64,000 bases of DNA from positions 2,722 through 66,721 of the forward strand of contig JAKAVQ010000010.1 in the NCBI GenBank assembly GCA_021817245.1, in the 5' to 3' direction. Below are positions 30,887 to 41,565 of the stretch, one piece after another; the first letter of the stretch is position 1; each line of letters begins with the position of its first letter. Position numbers and translations under genes: made by a program. Source of the DNA: Thermoplasmata archaeon. GTDB taxonomy: Archaea; Thermoplasmatota; Thermoplasmata; Lutacidiplasmatales; UBA184. The notes beneath the pieces are model-generated. The model was given only the letters and a program-made list of their open reading frames with translations, was not told the origin of the DNA and made no database searches.

Positions 30887-31792
30887 TCACGACGAGCCGC
30901 CGAGCGTGACCTTCCCGCGCTTCATCAGCTCGGCGAGCTGGGCCTCGGCGGCCGTGTCGAGGAGGTCCGCGTTCGGACCGCGGTGCCGCGTGAACTCGCG
31001 GAGCGTCTTGCGGCTCTCCTCGCGCCGGGCCCTCGCGGCCCCGACGAGGCGCCGGCCCTCCCGCTCGAGATCGGCGATCTCGCGGCCGAGCGCGTCGACC
31101 CGCGCCATGAGCTCGGCCCGCTCGCGTCCCTTCGCACGCATCTCGGCGACGAGCGCTCCCGCGCCCTCGAGCGTCTCGCGGATCTCGTCCATCCGCCGGT
31201 CGCGCGCCGTCCGGGCCTCGGCCATCGCGGCTCCGAGCGCGTCGACCTCCGCCCGGGCGGCCGCGACCGCGGCCTCGGCCTCCCGGCGCAGGCGTTCGTG
31301 CTCGGAGACGAGGCCGGCTCGGGCCTCGGCGACCTTGAGTTCCTGCGCCCGCTGGCGGAGGCGGGCGATCAGGGCGTTCTCCTCGTCGATCGGCACCGCG
31401 CGGGTCTGCTGGAGGAGTTCGAGCTGCGCGATCTCGCGCTTCAGATTCTCGGGGCGGACCCGTTCCCCCGGGTCGAACGTGAGCCGCAGCTCGCGCAAGT
31501 GGATCAGCGCCTCGTCGACCTTCGTCCGGGCGCGGTCGCGCTGCCCCTTGAGCTCGGCGGCCTTCCGGCCGAGCTCGCCGTGCTCCCGGTACAGCTTCTC
31601 GACCAGGTCCTGGGGGACCTGGCGACGGTCGTAGAGCGCCCGCTGTTCGGCGCCGAGCCGTTGGATCTCCGCGATCAGCGGCTGGCGCTGCCGGTGCAGG
31701 GCATCGAGGCGGGCATCGAGCGCGCGCAAACGGTTGCGGTCTTCCCGCTCGTCCCGCTCTTCCTGGTCGCTGAGGAACGGCCGGGGGGGCAC
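30887..31792 (-). CDS. Archaeal coiled-coil protein (COG1340-like)
   Basis: Heptad-rich; LKREIAQLELLQQT..PIDEENALI; ends MKRGKVTL. Confidence 0.75.
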   Translation of the reverse strand: MPPRPFLSDQEERDEREDRNRLRALDARLDALHRQRQPLIAEIQRLGAEQRALYDRRQVPQDLVEKLYREHGELGRKAAELKGQRDRARTKVDEALIHLRELRLTFDPGERVRPENLKREIAQLELLQQTRAVPIDEENALIARLRQRAQELKVAEARAGLVSEHERLRREAEAAVAAARAEVDALGAAMAEARTARDRRMDEIRETLEGAGALVAEMRAKGRERAELMARVDALGREIADLEREGRRLVGAARARREESRKTLREFTRHRGPNADLLDTAAEAQLAELMKRGKVTLGGSS

Positions 31793-31851
31793 GCCGGTGC
31801 GAAGGCGCCTGTCCCCACAAAAGGCCTTCTAGCGGACCGCAGACTCGACCC

Positions 31852-32451
31852 TTACGGCCTGCGGTCGCAGACGAACCAGAGGCGGGCGCCCCTCTCGTAG
31901 TGACGGGCGACGCGTACGAACCCCGCCCGGGTCAGGGTGTCGAGGGTGCGGGCCCGGAAGTAGCGGAACGGGGTGCGGTGGGGCCCTCCCCTCCAGACGC
32001 CGGGCGCGACCTCACGGCTGACGAGGGTCCTCGGATCCGTCGACGCCCGGACCGCGAACAGGTGGAGGCCCCCGGGGCGGAGCACCCGACGGACCTCCGC
32101 GAGCAACCGCGCCAGCTCCCGGTCCGGCAGCATCATGTAGAGCGCGTGGGCGCAGACGACGTCGAACGATCCCGACCGCCGCCGCTCGAGGGCGGCCCGC
32201 GCCTCCGCGAGCTCGAACGTGAGGTTCGACGGTGCGGGCGCGATCGCCCGAGCCCTCGCGATCGCGGGAGCCGCATGGTCGACGGCGTGCACTCGGAACC
32301 CGGCGTCGGCGAGGTAGCGCGCGTCGCGGCCGGGGCCGCAGCCGAGCTCGAGGATCCGCGCCCCCGGGCCCAACTTTCGGATCCTTGGGCCGATCCATCG
32401 TGCGAACCGGGACGGACGTCCCTCGAAGAGACCGGGAGTCCTCCGGTACAT
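31852..32451 (-). CDS. Class I SAM-dependent methyltransferase
   Basis: ILELGCGPGRDARYLA, SFDVV, VRRVLRPGG; start uncertain. Confidence 0.82.
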   Translation of the reverse strand: MYRRTPGLFEGRPSRFARWIGPRIRKLGPGARILELGCGPGRDARYLADAGFRVHAVDHAAPAIARARAIAPAPSNLTFELAEARAALERRRSGSFDVVCAHALYMMLPDRELARLLAEVRRVLRPGGLHLFAVRASTDPRTLVSREVAPGVWRGGPHRTPFRYFRARTLDTLTRAGFVRVARHYERGARLWFVCDRRP

Positions 32452-32492
32452 CGCCTCGGACGCCCGGCGACGGGCGGCCCGGGAGGGCCACC

Positions 32493-33236
32493 TCACGACC
32501 GAACGCGTCGTGGACGCCCCCGCGTCCGCCGGGCGGGACGTCCGACGAAATGGTGCGCGGCGAAAAGGGCCGCCGGCACCGCCGCATCGATGTTCACGAC
32601 CCCGATCGGGGCGCACGACTGCAGCATCGCGAGGAGCGCCGCCTCACCGGAACCGCCGCGTCCGTAGCCGACCGAGGTCGGCACCCCGACCACCGGCGAC
32701 CGGACGAGCCCGCTCACGACCGTGGGCAGCGCGCCCTCCCGGCCCGCGAAGACGAGGTAGATCGTGGGACGGTGGCGCTCGAGCTCGTCGAGGGCGCGGA
32801 GGAGCCGGTGCAGTCCGGCGACCCCCACGTCGTACGCCCGAACCACCCGGACGCCGAGCTCGACGAGCACCGCGCGGGCCTCCTCGGCGAGCGCGACGTC
32901 GCTCGTGCCGGCCGCAACGATCGCTGCGGTGCCGCCGAGGGGAGCCGACCCGAGGGGGCCCCGAAGCCGAACCAGGCGGCCCCCCGCGAGCTCGCGGACC
33001 GGGAGGCCCGCCCCGCGCGCGCGCGCGAGGACCCTCCGCTGCTCAGCGGTAGGGCGAGAGACGAGCGCGCCGTGGCCGCCGTCCGAGAGCGCCCGCAGGA
33101 TCCCGAGGAGGTGCTCGGGGCTCTTGCCTTCCGCGAGGACCACTTCGGGAAGGCCGACACGTCGCGCGCGGTCCCGGTCGAGCCTGGCGTACGCGCGAAC
33201 CCTCAACTCCCGCCCGCGAGCGCGACGCACCGTCAT
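32493..33236 (-). CDS. larB: LarB/NCAIR-mutase-like protein
   Basis: RLDRDRARRVGLPEVVLAEGK, AGTSDVALAEEA, YDVGVAGLHRL, AGREGALPTVV, VPTSVGYG, AMLQSC. Confidence 0.88.
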   Translation of the reverse strand: MTVRRARGRELRVRAYARLDRDRARRVGLPEVVLAEGKSPEHLLGILRALSDGGHGALVSRPTAEQRRVLARARGAGLPVRELAGGRLVRLRGPLGSAPLGGTAAIVAAGTSDVALAEEARAVLVELGVRVVRAYDVGVAGLHRLLRALDELERHRPTIYLVFAGREGALPTVVSGLVRSPVVGVPTSVGYGRGGSGEAALLAMLQSCAPIGVVNIDAAVPAALFAAHHFVGRPARRTRGRPRRVRS

Positions 33237-33300
33237 CGACGGACCCGCACGCACCCAAGCGTGATATAGCGGATGCCGGTGGCACGCCGACCCCCGGTAC

Positions 33301-34449
33301 ATGCCCGATTTCTCCCTGACCCCGGAGGAGGAAAGCCTGCGGGACCTCGCCCGGAAGTTCGCCCGCGGCGAGATGGCGCCGGTCGCGGCCGAATGCGACC
33401 GGTCCGGACGGTTCCCCGAGGAGGTCTACCGCAAGGCGCACGGGCTGGGGCTGATGAACCTCAACGTCCCGACCGAGTACGGGGGCAGCGGCCTCGGCGT
33501 CTTCGCCCAGTGCCTCATCGTCGAGGAGCTCGCGTACGCCTGTGGCGGCATGACCACCTCGATCATCGCGAACTGCCTCGCGCTCGAGCCGATCCTCCTC
33601 GGAGGCACGGCCGAGCAGAAGACCCGGATCCTGACGCCGTTCTGCGCCGACTACCGGTTCGCCGCGTTCTGCCTGACCGAGCCGAGCGGTGGGAGCGACG
33701 CCGGAGCGCTGCGGACGGTCGCCCGGCGGGACGGAGAGTCGTACGTCCTCGACGGGGAGAAGTGCTTCATCACGAACGGCCCCCACGCCGAGCTCTACAC
33801 GGTCTTCGCGACCGTCGACCCGAGCCTCCGCCACCGGGGGATCACGGCGTTCGTCGTCCCCCGCGCGACCGAGGGCGTGCTCCCGGGAAAGGACGAAGAG
33901 AAGATGGGCCACCGCGCCTCCTCGACCGGCACGATCCGCTTCGAGAAGGTCCGGGTCCCGGCGACCCAGCGCCTCGGTGGGGAAGGCGAGGGGTTCGCGC
34001 TCGCGATGCGCACCCTCGACCAGACCCGGACGCCGATCGGGGCCCTCGCGACGGGGATCGCCCAGGCGGCGCTCGACCACGCGGCGCGCTACGCGACCAA
34101 GCGCTACACCTTCGGCAAGCCGATCGCCGAGCACCAGGCGATCCAGATCAAGCTCGCGAACATGGCCCAGGCGATCCGCGCCGCCCGCCTGCTCACCTGG
34201 CACGCGGCGTGGACGATCGACCGCGGCGCGCGCGGCACGCTCGAGTCGTCGATCGCGAAGTGCTTCGCCTCCGACGCCGCGCTCCACGTTGCGGACGAGG
34301 CGATCCAGACGTTCGGCGGGTACGGGTACATGAAGGACTATCCCGTCGAGAAGCTCCTGCGCGACGCGAAGCTCACCCAGATCTACGAAGGCGCGAACGA
34401 GATCCAGCGGACCGTGATCGCCCGCGAGCTCCTCAAGTCGTACGACTGA
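33301..34449 (+). CDS. Acyl-CoA dehydrogenase
   Basis: [57 protein letters not shown]. Confidence 0.95.
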   Translation: MPDFSLTPEEESLRDLARKFARGEMAPVAAECDRSGRFPEEVYRKAHGLGLMNLNVPTEYGGSGLGVFAQCLIVEELAYACGGMTTSIIANCLALEPILLGGTAEQKTRILTPFCADYRFAAFCLTEPSGGSDAGALRTVARRDGESYVLDGEKCFITNGPHAELYTVFATVDPSLRHRGITAFVVPRATEGVLPGKDEEKMGHRASSTGTIRFEKVRVPATQRLGGEGEGFALAMRTLDQTRTPIGALATGIAQAALDHAARYATKRYTFGKPIAEHQAIQIKLANMAQAIRAARLLTWHAAWTIDRGARGTLESSIAKCFASDAALHVADEAIQTFGGYGYMKDYPVEKLLRDAKLTQIYEGANEIQRTVIARELLKSYD

Positions 34450-34461
34450 AGGGGGCGCTTC

Positions 34462-35244
34462 GTGGAGATCGTCGTCTGCGTCAAGCCGGTCCCCGAGAGT
34501 GAGACGCGCCTGAGGGTCTCGGCGGACGGGACTTCGCTCGACCCCGAGGCGGTGAAGTTCGTCCTCGCGGGGTACGACGAGTCGGCGGTCGAGCAGGCGC
34601 TCCTCCTCAAGGAGTCGCTCCCCGGTTCGAAGGTCCACGCCGTGTCGTTCGGGCCGGCGCCGCGCACCGAGGAGGTCCTGCGGGCCGCGATCGCGCTCGG
34701 CTGCGACCAGGCGACCTGGGTCGAGGCCCCTCCCGGGCCGGCCCCGGACCCGGTCGCGACCGGGAGGGCGCTCGCGCGGCCGATCTTCGCGATGCCGCAC
34801 GACCTCGTCCTCTGCGGGAAGCAGGCCGGCGACGACGAGGCCGGTCTCGTCGCGGCCGTGCTCGGCGAACTTCTTGGCGTGCCGGACGTGGGGTTCGTGG
34901 TCGACCTTCGGTTCGACGTGCCGAGCGGCCGGCTCCGGTTCCGACGGGCGACCGAGGGTGGCCTCGAGCTCTGGGAGGCCCCGACCCCGTGCGTGATCGG
35001 CCTCCAGCAGGCGTGGAACGACCCGCGCACGGCGAAGCTCCCCGCGATCCTCAAGTCCCGGCGGGTGGCGATCGCGAAGGTCCCGTACGCCCCCGAGGAT
35101 TCCTCGGCGCCCCGGAGCGTGGCCGAGAAGTTCGAACTTCCCCCGCCGCGGACGGGCGCCGCGATGATCGAGTACAAGACCCCGGCCGAGGCCGCGGCGA
35201 AGCTCGTCCGGGTACTGCGCGAGGAGGCGAAGGTCTTCCCGTGA
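34462..35244 (+). CDS. etfB: Electron transfer flavoprotein beta subunit
   Basis: [37 protein letters not shown]. Confidence 0.92.
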   Translation: MEIVVCVKPVPESETRLRVSADGTSLDPEAVKFVLAGYDESAVEQALLLKESLPGSKVHAVSFGPAPRTEEVLRAAIALGCDQATWVEAPPGPAPDPVATGRALARPIFAMPHDLVLCGKQAGDDEAGLVAAVLGELLGVPDVGFVVDLRFDVPSGRLRFRRATEGGLELWEAPTPCVIGLQQAWNDPRTAKLPAILKSRRVAIAKVPYAPEDSSAPRSVAEKFELPPPRTGAAMIEYKTPAEAAAKLVRVLREEAKVFP

Positions 35245-36227
35245 CGCCCACGGTCCTCGTGGTCGGCGAGTCGAGCGGCGGCCGCCTCGCCGGCGCCTCG
35301 CTCGAGGCGGCCGGCACCGCGCGCCGCCTCGCGGCGGGCGACGGGGAGGTCGTCGGCTTCCTCGCGGGCGCCGGAACCGGCGCGGCGGCCGCCGAGTTCG
35401 CCCGTTACGGCGTCGGACGGGTCCGGGTCGTCGACGACGCGCGGTTCGACGCCGCTCCCGCGGCGGCGACCGCCCACGCCGCGGCCGCCGCCGCGGACGC
35501 GGTCGGGGCGAAGTGGGTGGTCCTCGCCGGCACGACGTTCGGACGAGACCTCCTCGGCCGTCTCGCGACGCGCTGGAACGCCGCCGCCGCGAGCGGGGTG
35601 ACCGAGGTCGCGGGAGACGCCGAAGGGCTCACGGTGCGGCGGCCGGTCTTCGGGGGCCGGGCCACCGAGACCCGACGCCTCGTGGGCGACCGCGCCGCGG
35701 TGGCGCTGCGGCCGCACGCGTTCCCTTCCCCGGCCGAGGTGCCGGTCGCGCTCGCGATCGAGGCGGTCGGGGCCCCGGATATCCCCGCCGCCCTTTTCGG
35801 ACCGAAGCGCACCGCGGTCGAGACCGCGGGGGCGGGGTCGGGGCCGGGCCTCGCGGACGCGGCGATCGTCGTCTCGGGAGGGCGCGGCCTCCGGGCGCCC
35901 GAGAACTTCCGCCTGATCGACGAGCTCGCCGCCTCGCTCGGGGCGGCGGTCGGCGCCTCCCGGGCGGTCACCGACGCCGGATGGCGGCCCGCGTCGCTCC
36001 AGGTCGGCCAGACCGGGCGTGCCGTCTCCCCGCAGCTCTACATCGCGGTCGGGATCTCGGGCGCGATCCAGCACCTCGTCGGGATGGTGAGCTCGCGCGT
36101 GATCGTCGCGATCAACTCGGACGCGTCCGCCCCGATCTTCAAGGTCGCCGACTACGGGATCGCGGGGGACCTCTTCGAGATCGTGCCGGCGCTCACGGCC
36201 GAGGTCCGACGGGTCCGCGGGATCTAG
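35241..36227 (+). CDS. etfA: Electron transfer flavoprotein alpha subunit
   Basis: [59 protein letters not shown]; GTGA overlap with etfB. Confidence 0.93.
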   Translation: MTPTVLVVGESSGGRLAGASLEAAGTARRLAAGDGEVVGFLAGAGTGAAAAEFARYGVGRVRVVDDARFDAAPAAATAHAAAAAADAVGAKWVVLAGTTFGRDLLGRLATRWNAAAASGVTEVAGDAEGLTVRRPVFGGRATETRRLVGDRAAVALRPHAFPSPAEVPVALAIEAVGAPDIPAALFGPKRTAVETAGAGSGPGLADAAIVVSGGRGLRAPENFRLIDELAASLGAAVGASRAVTDAGWRPASLQVGQTGRAVSPQLYIAVGISGAIQHLVGMVSSRVIVAINSDASAPIFKVADYGIAGDLFEIVPALTAEVRRVRGI

Positions 36228-36241
36228 ACGAGGGGGCGTCC

Positions 36242-37543
36242 CTAGACGCTCCGGACCACGTCCGACCCGTCCTTGAGGAGGCGGAAGAGGGAGATCCCGG
36301 ACTCCTTCTGCACCTCCCGGAGGAGGTGGCGGAGCGGACGCTTCGGACCGCCGGTCTCCGACATCATGGAGTGGAAGAGCGCGGTCGCGAACTTCGGGTA
36401 CGCCGTGTAGATCCGGGGATTCCACTTCACGTCGTCCATCCGCTCGAAGTCGCGGAAGTCGGGGAGCACTCCGCTCGCCTCCAGGCGGCGGTCGTACTCC
36501 GCAAGACGCGCGGCGGACGGATCGTTCGCGGCCTTCGCGGCGAGCGCCGTTTCGGCCGCGGCGAGGCCGGTGCGGACCGCGTAGTTCATTCCCTGGATCA
36601 CGAGCCCGTTCGAGAAGACGAACCCGGCGGCGTCCCCCGCGACCATCCAACCGTCACCGTGGAACGCCGCCGGACGGCTGGCCCACCCCGAGCTGATCAG
36701 CTTCGCCCCGTACTCGACGAGCTCGGCTCCGCGCAGGGTCCGCGCGATCGCCGGGTGGAGCTTGAACTGTTCGATCATCTCCGTCGAGTAGGTGTTCCGT
36801 CCGAAGAGCGACCGGAGGTTGATGATCAGCCCGAGCGAGATCGTGTCCCGGTTCGTGTAGAGGAATCCCCCCGCCATGACGCCGGGCGCGAAGATCCCGG
36901 TGACCCACTCCTCGGCGTGTCCCTCGCCCGGGCCGAGCTGGAACCGTTCCTCGATGACCGACGCGTCGAGCCGATAGACCTCCTTGACGCCGAGCTCGGT
37001 CGCCGTTCCCGAGAGGCGTGGGTTCGGCCGGATCGGGGTGCCGAGGGTGACCCGGGAGTTGGTCCCGTCCGCCACGATCGTGACGGGCGCCTTCATGGTC
37101 TCGCCGCCCTGGACCACGCCGCGCACGCGCGTCCCCTCCCAGTTCAACCGGTCGACCGGTACGGAGGTGACGACGGTCGCCCCCGCCTCCTCCGCCTTCC
37201 GGGCCAGCCAAGCGTCCGTGCGCGCGCGCAGGACGGAGTGGGCGACGAACGGCTCGCGTCGCCACCCCCCGTCCTCGTAGTCGAAGGCGAGGGAACGCTC
37301 GGGGGTCATGAGGCCGAAGCGCTTGCGCACGATGTGCCGCTCGACGGGCATATCGTGCCACCACCCCGGGACGATCGCGTCGAGGTCGTGGCCCCAGAGG
37401 ACGCCCCCCGAGAGGTTCTTCGCCCCCGCTTCCGCGCCGCGTTCGAGGAGGAGGACGTTCGCCCCACCCTGGGCGAGGCGGATCGCCGCAGAGCTGCCGG
37501 CGAGGCCGGCACCGACGACGATCGCGTCGAACTCGTCCGCCAT
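36242..37543 (-). CDS. fixC: FixC-like ETF:quinone oxidoreductase flavoprotein
   Basis: IVVGAGLAGS, ERGAEAGAKNLSGG, LGVKE, GGFLYTNRDTISLG, EYGAKLI, GDAAG. Confidence 0.88.
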   Translation of the reverse strand: MADEFDAIVVGAGLAGSSAAIRLAQGGANVLLLERGAEAGAKNLSGGVLWGHDLDAIVPGWWHDMPVERHIVRKRFGLMTPERSLAFDYEDGGWRREPFVAHSVLRARTDAWLARKAEEAGATVVTSVPVDRLNWEGTRVRGVVQGGETMKAPVTIVADGTNSRVTLGTPIRPNPRLSGTATELGVKEVYRLDASVIEERFQLGPGEGHAEEWVTGIFAPGVMAGGFLYTNRDTISLGLIINLRSLFGRNTYSTEMIEQFKLHPAIARTLRGAELVEYGAKLISSGWASRPAAFHGDGWMVAGDAAGFVFSNGLVIQGMNYAVRTGLAAAETALAAKAANDPSAARLAEYDRRLEASGVLPDFRDFERMDDVKWNPRIYTAYPKFATALFHSMMSETGGPKRPLRHLLREVQKESGISLFRLLKDGSDVVRSV

Positions 37544-37617
37544 GGGGAGTGCTCACGCACTCGGCCCGGCGCATTTAACGGTGCGCGGACCGGGCGCCCG
37601 TTCGGACGCCCCGTCCG

Positions 37618-38250
37618 TCAGCGGGGAGGTGGGTTGTTCCACACGACCGGACCCCGGGCGCTCTGGAGGTCGACCGTCGCGTTCTCGATGCGCTTCTGGA
37701 ACGTGAACGGCTTCGGCACGCCCTTCCAGTCCTCGTTGCCCAGGTGCTGGCCGCCTTCCGAGCTGACGCGGACCGTCCCGTAGCCAAGGAGCCGCCGGCC
37801 GGCCGTCTGGTGGACGTCCACCCCGCGGACCTGGAGGATGGGGATCTCGTCGAATTCGCGGCCGAGGATCCCGCGTTGGACGATCACCCGGCGACTCGTG
37901 ACCGCGTAGACGGTCGAGATCCACCGGAGATAGCGGACCAGGATCCAGAGGAGGCCGATCAGCGCGAGGAGACCGAAGAGGTACTCGATGTAGCGCGGGG
38001 CCGTCCCGAGTCGGGAGAGGGCGTCCGAGTAGGCCGCGATCTGTCCGAACCAGCCGTGGATCTTGGCGGCCGTCAGATAGGTGAGCGCTCCGAAGAGGAG
38101 GGTGAAGACGACCGGCCCGGGGAAGTAGAACAGACCCGTCGCGCGGGTCTCGTCGAGCAGAACCTCCTGGTCGGCGAGGTACGTCGCCTTGAGGAGCCGC
38201 GGCATCGACCGAGGGGAGGCGGGGGTGGCCATCGAGCGTTGTACGGGCAT
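37618..38250 (-). CDS. Membrane protein with bacterial PH (bPH_2) domain
   Basis: Two TMs, then YAVTSRRVIVQRGIL..EIPI..V.QT..RRLLGYGTV. Confidence 0.8.
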   Translation of the reverse strand: MPVQRSMATPASPRSMPRLLKATYLADQEVLLDETRATGLFYFPGPVVFTLLFGALTYLTAAKIHGWFGQIAAYSDALSRLGTAPRYIEYLFGLLALIGLLWILVRYLRWISTVYAVTSRRVIVQRGILGREFDEIPILQVRGVDVHQTAGRRLLGYGTVRVSSEGGQHLGNEDWKGVPKPFTFQKRIENATVDLQSARGPVVWNNPPPR

Positions 38251-38324
38251 CGCTCGGTCATAAGCCCTCGGCCCGAGCGGTCGCGGAGCTCCCCCCTTAT
38301 AATCCCCCTCCGTACGGGACGACC

Positions 38325-39176
38325 GTGGGGGTCACGGACTGCCACGTGCACATCAACCCGATCGCCGAGATGCGCCCGGACGCGCTCGGACTGCTCGCCG
38401 GCGTCGACCCCGCGAACGCCCGCCTCCTCGGCGATCCGACGGCGTTCCTCGAGTACCTCGATACGTGCGGGGTCGAACGTGCAGTGCTCGTGAACTACGT
38501 GGCTCCCGAGGTGATCGGGTACACGGAGGCGACGAACCGGTTCGTCGGGGAGTACGTCCGGGCCGACCCCGACCGCCTGATCGCGTGCGGAGGGATCCGT
38601 CCCGATCACCCGGACCCGGAACGCGAGGTCGACCGGCTCGTGAGCGAGTTCGGGATCCGGGCGATCAAGCTCCACCCTCCGCATCAGCTGTTCCGTCCGA
38701 ACGCGTACGTGGACGACCCGCGTTCGACCCTGCGAGCGCTCTACGCGGCGGCCGAGCGGCGGCGACTCCCCGTGATCTTCCATACCGGCACGTCGGTCTT
38801 CCCCCGGGCCCGCAACCGGTACTCGGACCCGCTCTACGTCGAGGACGTCGCCCTCGATTTCCCCGACCTCACGATCGTCCTCGCTCACGGGGGCCGGCCG
38901 ATATGGATGGAGACGGCCGTCTTTCTCGCCCGGCGGTTTCCGAACGTCTGGCTCGAACTCTCGGGTGTACCGCCGAACCGTCTCCTCGAGTACTTTCCCC
39001 AGCTTGCGCGGATCGCCGCGAAGACGCTCTTCGGGACCGACTGGCCGGGCCCCGGCGTTCGCGACCTCGGGGCGAACCTGCGCGCGTTCCGGGCCCTCCC
39101 GCTCGCGGAGGAGGCCGCCCGCCGTATCCTCGAGGAGAACCCGCTCGTCGTCTTTCCCCGCCGGGCGCCCTCTTGA
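38325..39176 (+). CDS. Amidohydrolase_2 family metallo-hydrolase
   Basis: DCHVH, IKLHP, VIFHTG, VLAHGG, LFGTDWP. Confidence 0.88.
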   Translation: MGVTDCHVHINPIAEMRPDALGLLAGVDPANARLLGDPTAFLEYLDTCGVERAVLVNYVAPEVIGYTEATNRFVGEYVRADPDRLIACGGIRPDHPDPEREVDRLVSEFGIRAIKLHPPHQLFRPNAYVDDPRSTLRALYAAAERRRLPVIFHTGTSVFPRARNRYSDPLYVEDVALDFPDLTIVLAHGGRPIWMETAVFLARRFPNVWLELSGVPPNRLLEYFPQLARIAAKTLFGTDWPGPGVRDLGANLRAFRALPLAEEAARRILEENPLVVFPRRAPS

Positions 39177-39201
39177 AATAGTCGGCACCGCTCGGCCGGC
39201 C

Positions 39202-39630
39202 GTGCCCGACACTCCCGACCCCCCCGCCGAGACGTCGACCCCTCCGGCCGGCGAGCGAGAGGTCGCGAGCGTCGAGGTCGTGGAGGGCGGCGAGGAGCTC
39301 GGGCGGCTTCCGTTGCCGCGGCGCAACCGGGGGGAAGTCTTCGGGATCGCGAACCAGCTCCTCGGCGCGGCCCGGATCCGCGTCATGTGCGAGGACAACG
39401 TCTCGCGGATGGGACGGATCACCGGGAAGATGAAGAAGAAGATGTGGATCCGCGAGGGGGACCTGCTCATCCTCCGGCCCTGGGGATTCCAGGAAGGGAA
39501 GGCCGATATCCTCTTCCGCTACAGCCGGACGCAGGCGCAGTACCTCGCCCGCCGCAGCCTTTTGCCGGCGTCGGTCAATGTTTTCGGAGGCTCCGAGGCC
39601 CCGGCGCCCGCCGGCGCCTCCGCCGCGTAG
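39202..39630 (+). CDS. eif1a: Translation initiation factor aIF-1A
   Basis: GEVFGIANQLLGAARIRVMCED, GRITGKMKKKMWIREGD, ADILFRYSRTQ. Confidence 0.93.
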   Translation: MPDTPDPPAETSTPPAGEREVASVEVVEGGEELGRLPLPRRNRGEVFGIANQLLGAARIRVMCEDNVSRMGRITGKMKKKMWIREGDLLILRPWGFQEGKADILFRYSRTQAQYLARRSLLPASVNVFGGSEAPAPAGASAA

Positions 39631-39641
39631 CCTCGGTACCG

Positions 39642-41144
39642 ATGTGGGCCGCCTCGCGCCGCGCGCTCTCCTCGGTGGAGATGGCCGTCATCGAGGAGAA
39701 CGCGGTCGCGCTCGGCGTCACGATCGATGCCCTGATGGAGAGCGCCGGTCGCGCCGTCGCCGAGGAGGTCGTGCGCCACCTTCCGCCGCCTCCGGCCCGG
39801 GTCGCGGTCGTCGCCGGCTCGGGCAACAACGGTGGGGACGGGACGTGCGCCACGTTCTACCTCCAGCAGTGGGGGTACTCGCCCGAGGTGTGGCTCGTTC
39901 ACCCTCCCTCGGAGATCCGCTCGCGCGCCGCGCGCCGATGCTTCGACCGGATCGAACACCGCTGTCCCGTGCACGTCCGCGTCCCGCGGCCGGAGGAGCT
40001 CGCGACCATGCCGCTCGTGGTTGACGCCCTCCTCGGCACGGGCCAGTCCGACCGGATGCGGTCTCCCGTCCGGGAAGCCGTCGAGGCGATCCGATCGAGC
40101 CGGGCCCCCGTCCTCTCGGTCGACCTCCCGACGGGCGTCGCCGACCCCGAGGGACTGCGGCCGTCGTGGACCGTGACGTTCACCACCGTGAAGGAGGAGA
40201 TCGCGCGCGGGAACGCGGGGCAGGTCGCCGTCCGGGAGATCGGGATCCCGCCCGACGCTTGGCGGCGGACCGGTCCGGGCGAGTTCCTCCTTTTCCGCGT
40301 GCCGAGCGGCACGTCCGACCGGGGCCGGACGGGCCGTCTGATCGTGGTGGGAGGGGGCCCGTACGCGGGCGCACCGGCCCTCGCCGGCCTCGCGGCGCTG
40401 CGCTCGGGGGCGGAGCGGGCGACGATCGTCGCTCCCCACGGCGCGAGCGAGTCGGTCCAATCGTTCAGCCCGAACCTCGTCGTCCGGGCGGTCGGCCTCG
40501 GACGCTTTCGCCCGAACGACGTTCCCGAGATCCTCGAGTTCGTGCGCGCGGCACCCCCCCGGGCGCTCGCGGTCGGCATGGGGGCGGGGGCGCATCCCGA
40601 GACGATCGAGGCGCTCCGCACGTTACTGCGGGAGCTCGTGGGAACCGTCCCGCTCGTCGTGGACGCCGACGCGCTCGCCGCGCTTCCCACGTCGCAGGAG
40701 ATCGCCGAGCGGCCGGCGTCGGCCGGCGTCGTCGCGACGCCCAACACGGGCGAGTTCGAGCGGGTCCTCGGCGGCGTCGCCACCGGCCCGCAGGAGCGGA
40801 CGAGCGCCGACGTCGCCCGCATCGCGTCGGAGCGCCGGCTCACGTTGCTCGTCAAGGGGCCGTCGGACCTGGGCTCGGATGGGGAGAGCTCGTTCGAGAA
40901 TGCGCACCACCACGCGGCGATGACGGTCGCCGGGGCGGGCGACGTGCTCGCCGGGGTGGTCGCGAGCCTGCTCGCCCAGGGACTCTCCCCGTTGCACGCC
41001 GCCCGCCTCGGCACGTACTGGACCGGCGAGGCCGGTCAGCGCGCGGCCGCACGCCGGGGGTTCGGGCTGCTCGCGACGGACGTCCTCGACGAACTGCCGG
41101 GGGCCTTGGTCGCGGGGCTCGAGCGGGTCCACCGCGCCGCGTAG
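39642..41144 (+). CDS. nnr: Bifunctional NAD(P)H-hydrate epimerase/dehydratase
   Basis: LMESAGRAVA, GSGNNGGDG, VDALLGTG, VDLPTG, GGGPYAGAP, VVDADAL, TPNTGEF, GAGDVLAG. Confidence 0.92.
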   Translation: MWAASRRALSSVEMAVIEENAVALGVTIDALMESAGRAVAEEVVRHLPPPPARVAVVAGSGNNGGDGTCATFYLQQWGYSPEVWLVHPPSEIRSRAARRCFDRIEHRCPVHVRVPRPEELATMPLVVDALLGTGQSDRMRSPVREAVEAIRSSRAPVLSVDLPTGVADPEGLRPSWTVTFTTVKEEIARGNAGQVAVREIGIPPDAWRRTGPGEFLLFRVPSGTSDRGRTGRLIVVGGGPYAGAPALAGLAALRSGAERATIVAPHGASESVQSFSPNLVVRAVGLGRFRPNDVPEILEFVRAAPPRALAVGMGAGAHPETIEALRTLLRELVGTVPLVVDADALAALPTSQEIAERPASAGVVATPNTGEFERVLGGVATGPQERTSADVARIASERRLTLLVKGPSDLGSDGESSFENAHHHAAMTVAGAGDVLAGVVASLLAQGLSPLHAARLGTYWTGEAGQRAAARRGFGLLATDVLDELPGALVAGLERVHRAA

Positions 41145-41565
41145 AACCGGGCCGCGCGCTCGGAAGGCGTCCGGCCCCCGGACCTCTCGGTCGAGGGGGT
41201 CGATGGGTGCGTCCGCCCGGGCTCGCGAGCGGAACGGGGACGGCCGGGGGCCCGACCAATGCCGGTCGGCGCGTGCCGACGCTCCGGTTCCGACTCGCCC
41301 GGGAGAGACCGCGGGGCACGTGCGCCGGGGCTCCTTCGAAACCGGGGACTCCGAGCGTGGCCGGTCGGCGAGGACGGTCTGCGGCGCATTCGCCCCGTTC
41401 TTCGTGGTCGTCCGAAGGCTCGGAGACGGGGCATCGCGCCACGTACGCGTCGGCCGGAACCGGCCCCTCGGGCCAGCCCCGTTCGCCCGCGAACGCCCCC
41501 GCGCAGGATGCGAGGGCGCCGACCGCGCGCGAGGAACGGACGCGCCCAGCCGGGGGATTCCACGT

